Below are positions 35,231 to 45,572 of a stretch of DNA of 64,000 nucleotides, piece after piece. Under the pieces are notes generated by a model that saw only the letters and a list, made by a program, of their open reading frames with translations, was not told the DNA's origin and did no database searches. Every line of letters begins with the position of its first letter. Within the stretch, counting starts at the first letter, position 1. The position numbers and the translations under genes were made by a program. Where the stretch lies: positions 13,454,001 through 13,518,000 of the forward strand of contig CM106585.1 of assembly GCA_048013815.1 (NCBI GenBank). The letters run 5' to 3'. Source of the stretch: Setoptus koraiensis. Taxonomy: Eukaryota > Animalia > Arthropoda.

Positions 35231-36893
35231 GGTTGTATGTTTCAGTTATAATTTAGCTAGTTGGGTATGTAAGTTGTGACGAGGGCACTTGTGTACTCGT
35301 TCGAACGATGCTCGCGAATAGTTGACGCAACTGCGACAATCTGTTGAAGTGTCTGACGACTGGGGTCAACCTCGTCGGCTACTTGCTGTTTGTTGTTCGG
35401 TATTGGGTATTTGGTGTTTGCTGGCGCCCAGAGCGAAGTGAGAAGTGAATCGTGCGACTGAGATACGCAAGACAACTGCGAATTTCGAAGTGTTCGATTC
35501 GAAGGCCTCGAATCAAAGTCGACGCTGCTCTGAAATTGATACTTGTTGCTGCGCACGCGCACGCGTGCCACCACTGCGCCCATTGATAAATCGGCATCGT
35601 TGTGAATGGGATGAATGCGCGGTGTGACGTGGCACGCTGGCAACTTGCAAGTTGCAAGCAATTTGGACGGGCCGGCCCAACTAGCGACAATCAGACTGTG
35701 ATTTCGGAGGCGCCATGACTCTGGCCGCCAGAGTTGGCGAAGGTTGCGAAATTCACCAGTTGCGGCGGCATTGCCTGCGAGCAAGACAACGGCAAACACG
35801 CGATTAGCAACAAGCTACGCGTAAACAGCGACGGGCGACGCGAGCGCAGCATCAGCCGGGGGCGCCTCTTCACCTCTCGCGAACTTCTTCGCTGCCTCTC
35901 GCTTCTTCGTTCTCAGTTGTTCGCTGCTTCTCGCGAGGCTCGTCCTCGGTTGGTCGGCGGTACGGCGGTGTGTCGCTCTCACTTCATTTGGTTGCGGCTT
36001 CGTGCTTGCGTCGCCAAACTATCTGTTGCGATAACAATGCAACACGTGACAGCGCCGGAGTGTGCCCATTGTGCGCCGACACGAGATGAGATTCGGGGTG
36101 CACAGTGGCCATTGGCAGCCTGCGTGAAGCCCCGGTTGCACAACTGGCAGCACGAGCAATTGTGCCATATGATGGATTGTGCCACAAGCAGCGCACACAT
36201 GTTGCTCGCTCTTTGGGGTTCAGGGGGGGGGGCACCCACTGTGGAATGCGGCCTGTCTGGTGCAGTTGTTGTGCAACTGGCGCTGCACCGATGGCATGCG
36301 ACAGCATGCGACGCCATCGGTGCCAGTCATCAGCGAGGAATTTGCTCAAGGTGCGCATTACTTGTTCGCCCCGCAGCAAAGGTGCAGGTACGGGTGCCGC
36401 GCGGCGCGGCGCGGCCCGTCAGGTAATGCGCCGCGTCAGGTAATGGCGCATTGTTCAACAATGATTGTTGTGTGCGCTATGGCACCATTATGTCACACAA
36501 CGACACAATGCCGGCCAGTTGTCAACTGCAGAATGCGCGACATGTGTCGCTTGTGCGCCTGTTATTACACACAGTTTACAAGTTATTAGCTGCAAGTTGC
36601 CGGCAACCAGGTGAACGGCTGCTCCTTTTGTGCAACTTGCTCGCCAATGGAATGCCCGCCGTTGGAATGCTGCCCCGTGGAATGCTCGCCGCCGGCCAGG
36701 AATGCGCCACCGCGCGACAGATGCATCCGGACACGGACGACGCAATCGTCGGTCGTCTGTCCATCGTGCACCGTCTATCGCGGCCGCTGGCTAGAGCACA
36801 CGTAACAATTGTCGGTTGCCAGTGTCGCCGGCCCGCTCGCCGAAGCCCGGCCGCCGCAGTGCACACTGTTGGTGCTCGCGACTCGCCGACTCT

Positions 36894-36927
36894 CTGCAAG
36901 TGACGACTCGCGAGTCGTCACTTGCAG
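36894..36927. repeat. Perfect 34-bp palindrome with no spacer
   Basis: CTGCAAGTGACGACTCG|CGAGTCGTCACTTGCAG; the arms are exact reverse complements. Confidence 0.95.
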
Positions 36928-37056
36928 CTAGCGCGCGGGTAGGTGCGCGACTGGCCGTTGCACTTCCCGTCTCACCGACCGCGCTGGATCCGGTGAGCAC
37001 GAGACGAGTTTATGCAAGAGGCTCGCAAATGCGTCTCGTCGTCGACTCGCCGTCGA

Positions 37057-37119
37057 GTTGCTCGAAATAGCGACGGTCACTCGAACTAGCGACGGTTGCT
37101 CGAAACGGCGACGGTTGCC
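37057..37119. repeat. 19-bp minisatellite x3.3 (GTTGCTCGAAATAGCGACG-like)
   Basis: gttgctcgaaatagcgacg gtcactcgaactagcgacg gttgctcgaaacggcgacg gttgcc. Confidence 0.85.
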
Positions 37120-38028
37120 AATTGACGCTGGTCATTAGCATCTGCAACGGCCACAACAACAATGGCCCATGTGGTGCTCTCGTGGGCTCGACTCAAGTCG
37201 GGCAACTGCCGGCAAGAAAGGAAACCGTTCAATCTAGCCGTTATAATCAACTCGGCCAGTGGCTGCACACGCAGGCCCACGGTCGGGCGGAAACGGGAGC
37301 CGCTCAACGTCGGCAACGACTGGGCCACTGGGCACCATTACAGTTCGCAGCACAGCTTGTGCCTGGTTGTGCCACCGGCCACTAGCGAGCGTGCGCCGAC
37401 AAACACGAAGAAAACACATGCTCTCGCTGGCCAATGATATAGCGGACTCGGCCGGGCAAAGTGGCGGTTGGTGCACACGACGACGCACCACTGTATAATG
37501 CACTTTATATTATGAAGTTTATAATGCAGATGCTAATCAACGCCAACGGCCAGCAAGAAAAAATCCTAAATCTGCCCTTACAAGATGCTGCCGGCCGATG
37601 ATGCTCACTGACAACCGTTGCCGCTTGCTGTTGTGCAAATCAGCGAAACGCGTGCAATCGGCCCGACTTTGGCCAAACAACTGGTTAACAGGCGCCCGAC
37701 ACACAACAACTGCCAGCAACTGACCACTGCCAACAGCAACACCAATGCACGAGCAACGACACAAGAAACAATCCGATCGTCCGATTGTTGTCTACGGTTG
37801 TGCGCGCGATCAGATTGTGCGCGTCATCTGCGTGCCCAATCGTGCCCCAATTCGGGCCAGCCGACCAGCCAGCGCACAGTACGCTGTCAGCCACGCTGCT
37901 AACTGATGAGGGACCAACGGCCAACTGGCCGGCCGGTGCCTCGTCGGGGCCTCAAGTTGCGCTGCCATCAGCTGGACTGCCCTCGCTAATTGCCAACAAT
38001 TGGCGAGCATTTGACGATGAGGAGTTAG

Positions 38029-38085
38029 TTGGTGCCCGCTCAGGTTGGTGCCCGCTCAGGTTGGTGCCCACTCGGGTTGGTGACC
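38029..38085. repeat. 16-bp minisatellite x3.5 (TTGGTGCCCGCTCAGG)
   Basis: Two exact copies, one with two changes, and one partial. Confidence 0.9.
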
Positions 38086-39694
38086 AGTCGCATGGGCAAC
38101 ACGCGCCAGCCAGCACCATTGTTCGCCAGTTTGCCGGTTCACCGTGTGAATATCCGCCCCAGTCGTCGCATGCTCACAAGTTAGTTGTCAGTTGCATTGA
38201 GGAGGCGACTCTTGAACTGTTTGTTTGGGCACGGTGCACGTAACCAGTTCATTCATACCACCGGCACACACCGGAATGGTGCAACCGGAACAGAAGCAAC
38301 ACAAGTCGCCACCAGTTGCTGCATCGCGCACCTGACGTGCTCCTTCGGTTGGCGCTTCTGGTTTGTGCACGGCGACAAAAAACAAAAACGAGCACTGGTG
38401 TGGCCACAATAATTCACTGGCTCGACCGCTGTCCACTTTTGCAATCATGCAACCAGCGTGTGGACGGCTCGTGATGCAAATTGCATCATGCAAGTGATAA
38501 ATAATCTCGTCCAGTTTGTTACAGCGTTTCAGATGGTCGCAATTCAGCTCTTTCCAGTGGGAAGTTTCCACAGTGGCATTCAAAATGCATGTATATATGT
38601 GGCCATATTGGGCAGCAACAAGGCGACAATGTCGCGTCAAGCGCTGGCGCCATATGGTATGAACACGGTGCACTTTTGGTTGTTCACAGACTGTGAATCA
38701 CAGTCGACGATGCCAGTGGCATGTGAATATCTCGACTCAATGTTCAAATAGTCGCATGTTGCAACTTGTTGACAACAAGTTTTTGCTCACTGGTGGAAAT
38801 CAACGAGATTGAATGCGCATGTGTTTCACATCGTGAGTCCCACACGATGTGAATCCATTTATTCGTATCCGAATAAAACGCGAATCCAACGCTCCGGCCA
38901 ATGCGCTCTTCATTGAAGTCTTCATTGGCACTATCCAATGAATACAGTGTAGTGTTCATATTCATCATGATTCATGAAGCCTCCTGGTGATTCACCAGTG
39001 ATGAATATACCACCATGCGTGAATAACAAAGTTGGCCCTATCTCACAACGGGGTTCGACCTAGGCCGCACTGTCTTGTTGGGCGAGCGCATGTGCGGCCT
39101 AACAGGGCGCCTAACATGCAAGCGCTGGCCTTTTCGAGCATGTGGCGGTTGCACCATTGTTTCATAATCGCGAATACCCTTTTCTACTCTGCACCCGGTG
39201 CATCGCACCAGACACCAGCATCATCAGTAACTGTTCAGTTGGACAAGTGCGTGGAATATTGGCCGTTGCACAGCAACTTGTTTGGTGCACAGTCAATCAG
39301 GAATTATGTGGTGCACAGCCAGTGACGAATTATTCGGTGACGAGATGCAATAGTTATGTCGCGTGCTGCAAGTTGCAACCGAATTGCTTACGCACCGAGC
39401 GCGCTCGTAACAAGTGATGCAGGCGTAACCAGTGATATCGGCTGCCGCCCTGCTAACAAGTCAGAGTCACAAACATTCGATATCGATTACGCATAGATAA
39501 TAAGTCAATAAAAATTCGCTTATCAACCAAAATTCGATGCTCAAAATAAATTCGATACCAAAAATTAATTTTCGTTGATCAACGAGATTCGATGACCAAA
39601 ATAAATATCCAAAATAAATATCATTATTATTAATATATCGCCACTGTGGTCCGCTCTTATGTGAAAACCTCAAGAGCAACAACAGAGTTCAACA

Positions 39695-42421
39695 ATGGAG
39701 AGCCCCGTGTGGGATCTAGACGACGACGAACTGGTAGCGACCGACACCAGGCGAGATGGCAACAACAATGTCAATGTACAAGGCGATAAACCGATCACGC
39801 TGAGGGCCGTTAGCGAATTGGAACCGAAATATCGTCAAGTGTTTCCTTATGTACACTTTAATCATGTTCAGTCGTTATGCTTTGAAACCATTATGAAAAC
39901 CAATGAGCCGCTGCTTGTTTGCGCGCCAACGGGATCCGGCAAGACTGGCGTCATGGAGCTGGCCATTGTGAGAGTTCTTATGGATTGTTATGAGAGAAGC
40001 CTCGATAACATTGAGAGGGTCAAAATGATTTACTTGGCCCCAACCAGGGCACTTTGTGCTGAACGAAAACAAGATTGGGCCAACAAATTCCAATCATTTA
40101 ATTTGCAATGTGTAGAACTAACCGGCGATTACAATATTAACGCGGAGAAATTTTTCTCTTTGCAAAAGTCCAGCCTGTTGCTTGCAACGCCAGAAAAATG
40201 GGACAGTATTACGAGAGCTTGGCACGATCATGGCCAATTTGCGGCAGCCATACGACTAGTAATGATTGACGAAATTCATATGGTCAACGACGACCCTAGA
40301 GGGGCCACTCTCGAGGCTGTCATTAGTCGCATGAAGACAATGCGCTCTATTATTTGGCCCAGTAATCAGGAAAAAATGCGCTTCGTTGGAGTATCGGCCA
40401 CCATCTCAAACACAGACGACATGGCACAATGGTTGTCCACACCTACCACTGACTGCACCATATACCAAGTGGACCCGAAAGAGCGACCAGTCAAGCTAAA
40501 GACCCTTGTTCTGGGGTTCAGTTATCCAAAAGGCAATGATTTTGGATTTGATAGTTTGATGAACACTAAACTCAACGATATTATTAATGAACATTCAGAA
40601 TGTAAACCTACTCTTATATTTTGTCCAACTAGAAAGTCTGCGCTGAGCTCAGCCGTGCATCTCGCAAAACGAGGTAGACTTGACGTGAGCTTCAATGTTG
40701 CAAAGAGGCGCCAATATCTTGAAATATCTCACAGATTCAGAGATGTGAAACTACAGGAAACAACAAGGTTTGGGATAGCCTACCATCATGCTGGCCTTGA
40801 CCTCGATGATAGAAAACTAGTTGAGCGGGGATTCTTAGAGGGAAAAATCATGGTACTAGCATCCACTAGCACTCTAGCGGTAGGTGTCAACTTGCCAGCT
40901 CACCTTGTTATAATCAAAACAACCACTTTCTATCAGGAGGGTCGCTTCGTACAATACGGTGATTCGTCTCTTGTGCAGATGATAGGACGTGCCGGACGGC
41001 CGCAATTCGATACTCATGCAACGGCAGTTATATTGACTAGAACAGAGACACGCTCTCGTATAGAGGAACTCCTCAGGGGTAGTCTCACTGTTGATAGTCA
41101 TCTTCATTCTAACATGGTGGAACATCTCAACTCCGAGATTGTTCTCCAAACAGTCACAAACGAAAATGTCGCCATGCAATGGATAAAATCAACTTACTTA
41201 TACGTTAGAATGTGTAAGAACCCAGAAAAATACGGTTTGCAACCCGGGTGCTCTAGATTTGAAATAGATTCAAACTTGGACAAAAAATGCAAATCTGAGA
41301 TTGAAAATTTGCTCAACGCAAAACTGATTGAACGTGACAGAAATTTCCGACTTCTTGCCACCGAAAATGGCAAAGCGATGGCCAGATACTACATACGTTT
41401 CGAAACAATTTGCAAGTTTAACAATCTGTCGCGTAATGAGACCCTAGAGTCATTATTGATTATGATTTGCTCCACAAAAGAGGTAATCACAGATATTCTC
41501 ATAAGGAATGAAGAAAAGGGTCCACTCGAAAAATTGAAAAAGAATGCAGGGAGTGATCATCTCAGATTCCCGATCCAGCACAGTGGATGTTCTTGTGAAC
41601 TTACTAACATTATGACAACAATGTTTCCTGAAGTTAAGATTCTGTGCAGATGCAGCGAATACTATGACAGGGAAGAGAAAGCCAGCATCTTGATACAAGC
41701 TGTATTTGGGTGTCTCGAAATCAGAGATCATGCTGTTAATCAAGAATCACAGAGAATAATCAAGAACGCCCAAAGGGTTGTTGGTTGTTTGAGACAAGTA
41801 ACTCTGATGGCAGACGATATGGGTTTCAAAACAACGTTGAATGTTTTCATTTTGACCAAGTGCTTTGCAGCTAAGCTATGGGAAAACTCCATCTTCGTCG
41901 CTAGGCAACTGGATAAAATCGGAATTGTCTATAGCAAAATACTCGCCCTAAATGGACTTACTACGTTCGAATCACTTCGAAATTCGGACCCTAGAAATAT
42001 AGAGACACTTTTGTCCAGACAACCACCTATTGGATCTGTGATACAGCAAACTTGCTCTGGACTACCGAGATACAAACTATCGGTACTATCCTCCGAGATT
42101 CCGAACTCTGATGATATTTGTGAGTTGATGATCAACGTGACATTAGAGAATGGTGACGATCTGAGGGTGGTGAGAACTGTTCCTGTCAATCACACTTTGA
42201 CACTTTTAGTTGGCAACTCCGCAGACAATAGAACCATAATAAAACAAAAAATTAGTGATACTCGTCTTCTTTCAAGACCAGACTTCACTGTCACAGTGGG
42301 CAGAACCGTTAAAAAGATATGGTTGCCTTATTATACAGAGGATCTCGAGGTACACCTGATAAGCGACCTCTTTGTAGGACTGGATGTTTCAATCAAACAA
42401 AGATTCAGCGAAAACTATTAA
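39695..42421 (+). CDS. HFM1: HFM1/MER3 meiotic 3'-5' DNA helicase (Ski2-like, single cassette plus Sec63), intronless, 908 aa
   Basis: APTGSGKT, ATPEKWDS, DEIH...RGATLEAVISRMK, SAT, HHAG, QMIGRAGRPQFD, and the HFM1-type block AKLWENSIFVARQLDKIGIVYSKILALNGLTTF. It has one helicase cassette only, unlike ASCC3/BRR2. Confidence 0.9.
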   Translation: MESPVWDLDDDELVATDTRRDGNNNVNVQGDKPITLRAVSELEPKYRQVFPYVHFNHVQSLCFETIMKTNEPLLVCAPTGSGKTGVMELAIVRVLMDCYERSLDNIERVKMIYLAPTRALCAERKQDWANKFQSFNLQCVELTGDYNINAEKFFSLQKSSLLLATPEKWDSITRAWHDHGQFAAAIRLVMIDEIHMVNDDPRGATLEAVISRMKTMRSIIWPSNQEKMRFVGVSATISNTDDMAQWLSTPTTDCTIYQVDPKERPVKLKTLVLGFSYPKGNDFGFDSLMNTKLNDIINEHSECKPTLIFCPTRKSALSSAVHLAKRGRLDVSFNVAKRRQYLEISHRFRDVKLQETTRFGIAYHHAGLDLDDRKLVERGFLEGKIMVLASTSTLAVGVNLPAHLVIIKTTTFYQEGRFVQYGDSSLVQMIGRAGRPQFDTHATAVILTRTETRSRIEELLRGSLTVDSHLHSNMVEHLNSEIVLQTVTNENVAMQWIKSTYLYVRMCKNPEKYGLQPGCSRFEIDSNLDKKCKSEIENLLNAKLIERDRNFRLLATENGKAMARYYIRFETICKFNNLSRNETLESLLIMICSTKEVITDILIRNEEKGPLEKLKKNAGSDHLRFPIQHSGCSCELTNIMTTMFPEVKILCRCSEYYDREEKASILIQAVFGCLEIRDHAVNQESQRIIKNAQRVVGCLRQVTLMADDMGFKTTLNVFILTKCFAAKLWENSIFVARQLDKIGIVYSKILALNGLTTFESLRNSDPRNIETLLSRQPPIGSVIQQTCSGLPRYKLSVLSSEIPNSDDICELMINVTLENGDDLRVVRTVPVNHTLTLLVGNSADNRTIIKQKISDTRLLSRPDFTVTVGRTVKKIWLPYYTEDLEVHLISDLFVGLDVSIKQRFSENY

Positions 42422-42551
42422 AACTAAATATTAATGTCTTCTTGAACTCTCATTGCATTTAGTGTTTCTATTCTATTTGGTCCTCCCCAAAAATTTCCAA
42501 ATAACGTTGATCGAACCTGTAGAAGAAATTGATTTGGCTGCTTTAGTTGTT

Positions 42552-42875
42552 CTATATCCATGGATATTTCTTTGATATTCGAGGATCATCTGAAATACTT
42601 TGACAATCCCCTGCCCTTCCGTATTCATTCATGAAAATGCTGTCTACAAGACACTGGACGATAGAAGCAGAGACATGTTCTTCCATGTTCGAGCGCTCAC
42701 TGTACACGCATGACATATGTTTTTCAAGCAAATCGTTGTCAGTAATGGCAGTTGAGTTAACCACGTTTTTTCGTAAACATGTGACTACTCTGTTGAACTC
42801 TACTGGTGTAAAAAGAAACATTCCATCGTTCTTCTGATGATTCTCAAATTTGAAGGACTCATCATGGGTTTTCAA
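42552..42875 (-). CDS. Small uncharacterised ORF (89 aa from ATG 42821; 107 codons from a possible acceptor), possibly an exon of a spliced orphan
   Basis: A stop-free, protein-like frame fills most of the HFM1-POLR1F gap, with acceptor-like sites at both ends. No recognisable domain. Confidence 0.4.
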   Translation of the reverse strand: MKTHDESFKFENHQKNDGMFLFTPVEFNRVVTCLRKNVVNSTAITDNDLLEKHMSCVYSERSNMEEHVSASIVQCLVDSIFMNEYGRAGDCQSISDDPRISKKYPWI

Positions 42876-42940
42876 TCTGGATAGTAAAGTTCACCTAATT
42901 TACCATCTAAGTTAATGTCGGAGGATCTGTAATCAAGACA

Positions 42941-43480
42941 ATGTCAACAGAAACAAAGACAATAATAATGACTCTAGCATTGGCGCTTCGTCATGTCGGC
43001 GACGAAGAAAAGGCAATAAAAGACAAACTCAAACGAATGAGACTCAAGTCTCTACCTGGCCATGAAGGATTCATGGTTAAATCAAGTAACGTACAATTAT
43101 TGGAGGACTCAGGGACGATTTTGGACGAGCAACCTTATGTATTTTGGAAGGTCAAGTTCGATTGCGAGCTATTCTGCCCACAAATTGGAAACGTTACCAA
43201 GGGTGTCGTTCAAGGTATATCGTCAGAAAATTTTTTGGCTAGTGTTTATGAAATTGTTAATATTCGCGTAACGATACCTAACCATCTCAAAGATAATGAT
43301 ATAAGTAAGAGTTTAGCTCTTGGCCAAGAAGTATATTTCAAAATAACAGATGCAAAAGATGGTAGAGGTTTCACTGGCGTGTTCGACGAGGAATGCATAG
43401 ATCTGGTGAAGAACGACCAGCAAAATGCTAGTAACTATACAGACGTCTATGAATCATTCAGTAAGGATTTCCAATATTAG
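42941..43480 (+). CDS. POLR1F: RNA polymerase I subunit RPA43 (RPB7/RpoE-like), 179 aa
   Basis: LALALRHVG...AIKDKL, GTILDEQPYVFWKVKFDCELFCPQIG..KGVVQGISS and an OB-fold-like C-terminus match the RPA43/TWISTNB pattern from recall. Confidence 0.8.
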   Translation: MSTETKTIIMTLALALRHVGDEEKAIKDKLKRMRLKSLPGHEGFMVKSSNVQLLEDSGTILDEQPYVFWKVKFDCELFCPQIGNVTKGVVQGISSENFLASVYEIVNIRVTIPNHLKDNDISKSLALGQEVYFKITDAKDGRGFTGVFDEECIDLVKNDQQNASNYTDVYESFSKDFQY

Positions 43481-43739
43481 TTATATACACTTGTTATTAT
43501 TATTAACAAATAGTTACCATGAGAACGTCAACCAAAATTCACAATAGAATTTATAAATATTAAAACTTGTATAAATATATATGTCTGGTTGAAAGCAATG
43601 CACTCTGCATAAAACTGTTGCACTTGAAAAATAGTCACTTTACAAATGAGACGATGAACAATTTTAGACCAAGAATAAATTATTGATATATTTTGATATT
43701 ACATTATGAGCAATTTATAAATATAGAATCATAATCAAT

Positions 43740-45572
43740 CTAGGCCTCTTCCAGGAAAAAGAAATTTCCGGATCTTTTTTGTTCAACATCTTTCAACGAG
43801 TTCAGTTTGTTGATTCTTGGCCTAAAGTTGTTAGGATCTCTCCTGAAGGTAATATTCAACATTTTCAAAAATTTGTTCATACCTGTCAGCAACGATTGGG
43901 GCTTGTTTGCTTTTGCTTCAACTCCGGACTCACCTTCAAATACTATTACTCTATCAGCCAAGTAAGTTGCCATTATAAAGTCATGCTCTACTATAAAACC
44001 TGTCTTTTTTTCGTTAAGTAACCAACGTTTTATTACTTTCGCGGCTACCAGACGTTGTTCTGAGTCCAGGTATGCGGAGGGCTCATCAATAAGATATACA
44101 TCAGCTGTTTGCCCTAGACAGAGCACCAATGCAACTCTTTGTAGCTCTCCTCCAGACAGATCAGTTACGTTTTGGTCCATGATTTGGTCAAGCTGTAGAG
44201 GCTTGAAAACTTCCGTTCTGAAGTTAGACTCTCTCATTTTAGCGGAAATTTTTTCTTCCAATAATTCCTTTACTGTTCTTTTAAACTTCGGGCTAATTTT
44301 TTGAGGTTTATAACTTATATTTAGTGTAGGTAAATCACTGTCACCACCATCTGGTTTTAATCCTCCAGCCAAAATCTTGATGAAAGTAGTTTTACCGGTA
44401 CCATTCTCACCAAGCATAACTATAATCTCGGAATCAGTAAAAGTTCCTGGTTCAATATCCAACTTAAACTGACCTCCCAACTCTTTAAACATTCTAGGAT
44501 ATTCATAATGGCACACTCTTCTTGGCGTAGCTTCTTGAGCTGATTCAGCCACTTTGAATACCAAACCTGTATCTCTAAATCTAAGATTTTCTGTGGGCAC
44601 GAAACCATCCAGAAAAATGTTAATACCCTCACGAACTGAGAAAGGCATAGTCACAACACCATAAGCTGAAGGTACTCCGTATAGACAACAGGTGAAATCG
44701 GACAGGTAGTCTAAAACTGCCAAATCGTGCTCCACAACTATAACATACTTGTCAGGTCCAACTAGAGATCTTATAGCTCGGGCAGCTTTTAGACGTTGCT
44801 TGACATCAAGATAAGAGGAAGGCTCATCGAACATATAAACATCGGCTTGTTGAATGCAAACTAATGCTATTGCAAAACGTTGTAACTCTCCTCCAGATAA
44901 GGAGTCGACAGTACGCTGACGTAATGAAGGGTTCAAGTCAAGAATGTCACAGATTTCTTCTAACCTTCCTGTTTCGTCTCTTTTATCCAAAGCTACTTGG
45001 ACGGTACCTTGGAGTTCTTTCACTTTAGGAAGTACATCGACATATTGAGGTTTGATAATAGCCTTGAGTTGATTCTCCAAAATTTTGGTAAAATAGTTTT
45101 GCAGTTCCGAACCGCGAAAGTAATTCAATATGTCAGTCCAATCTGGCTCAGGCCCAGTGAAACGGCCAAGATTGGGTTTTAATTTACCTGCAAGTATCTT
45201 CAATGCAGTTGACTTTCCAATACCGTTGGTCCCAACAAGTCCTAATACTTGACCTGGTCTCGGTGTCGGCAGACGATGAAGTTTGAATGAATTCGGTCCG
45301 TAACGATGAGTGGTATCCTTGTCCAGATTACTAGGTAAGTTTATAATTGTAATAGCATCAAAGGGGCATTTTTTTATACATATACCACAACCTATACATA
45401 ATTGTTCACTAATTAGTGCACTCTTATCGTTTGTTGTCACTTCAACACATAGTTTTCCTGTTTTTACTATGGGACAATACCGCTTACATTCCTGATTGCA
45501 GCGCTTGGGTTTGCATCTATCCAAGCTAACAATTGCGATACGATCTAGTTTGGCTTTACCGGAAGTCGACAT
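43740..45572 (-). CDS. ABCE1: ABCE1/RLI1 ribosome-recycling ATPase, intronless, 610 aa
   Basis: Two Fe-S motifs ([31 protein letters not shown]), two Walker A motifs ([16 protein letters not shown]), two LSGGELQR signatures and the terminal [13 protein letters not shown]. Confidence 0.98.
   Translation of the reverse strand: MSTSGKAKLDRIAIVSLDRCKPKRCNQECKRYCPIVKTGKLCVEVTTNDKSALISEQLCIGCGICIKKCPFDAITIINLPSNLDKDTTHRYGPNSFKLHRLPTPRPGQVLGLVGTNGIGKSTALKILAGKLKPNLGRFTGPEPDWTDILNYFRGSELQNYFTKILENQLKAIIKPQYVDVLPKVKELQGTVQVALDKRDETGRLEEICDILDLNPSLRQRTVDSLSGGELQRFAIALVCIQQADVYMFDEPSSYLDVKQRLKAARAIRSLVGPDKYVIVVEHDLAVLDYLSDFTCCLYGVPSAYGVVTMPFSVREGINIFLDGFVPTENLRFRDTGLVFKVAESAQEATPRRVCHYEYPRMFKELGGQFKLDIEPGTFTDSEIIVMLGENGTGKTTFIKILAGGLKPDGGDSDLPTLNISYKPQKISPKFKRTVKELLEEKISAKMRESNFRTEVFKPLQLDQIMDQNVTDLSGGELQRVALVLCLGQTADVYLIDEPSAYLDSEQRLVAAKVIKRWLLNEKKTGFIVEHDFIMATYLADRVIVFEGESGVEAKANKPQSLLTGMNKFLKMLNITFRRDPNNFRPRINKLNSLKDVEQKRSGNFFFLEEA

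Noticed and set aside
37057-38085. CRISPR-like array (19-bp and 16-bp repeats)
   Set aside because: The units are directly tandem with no unique spacers, there are no cas genes, and the context is eukaryotic.
38556-38572. Su(H) paired site for Notch control of the HES gene (AGTGGGAAGTTTCCAC)
   Set aside because: It lacks the 5' pyrimidine and the 15-17-bp spacing of a true paired site, and lies 3.3 kb from the ATG.
35257-39420. Long overlapping ORFs (up to 230 aa) upstream of the HES gene
   Set aside because: High GC suppresses stops, the frames overlap on both strands, and none resembles a protein family. The region is best read as cis-regulatory.
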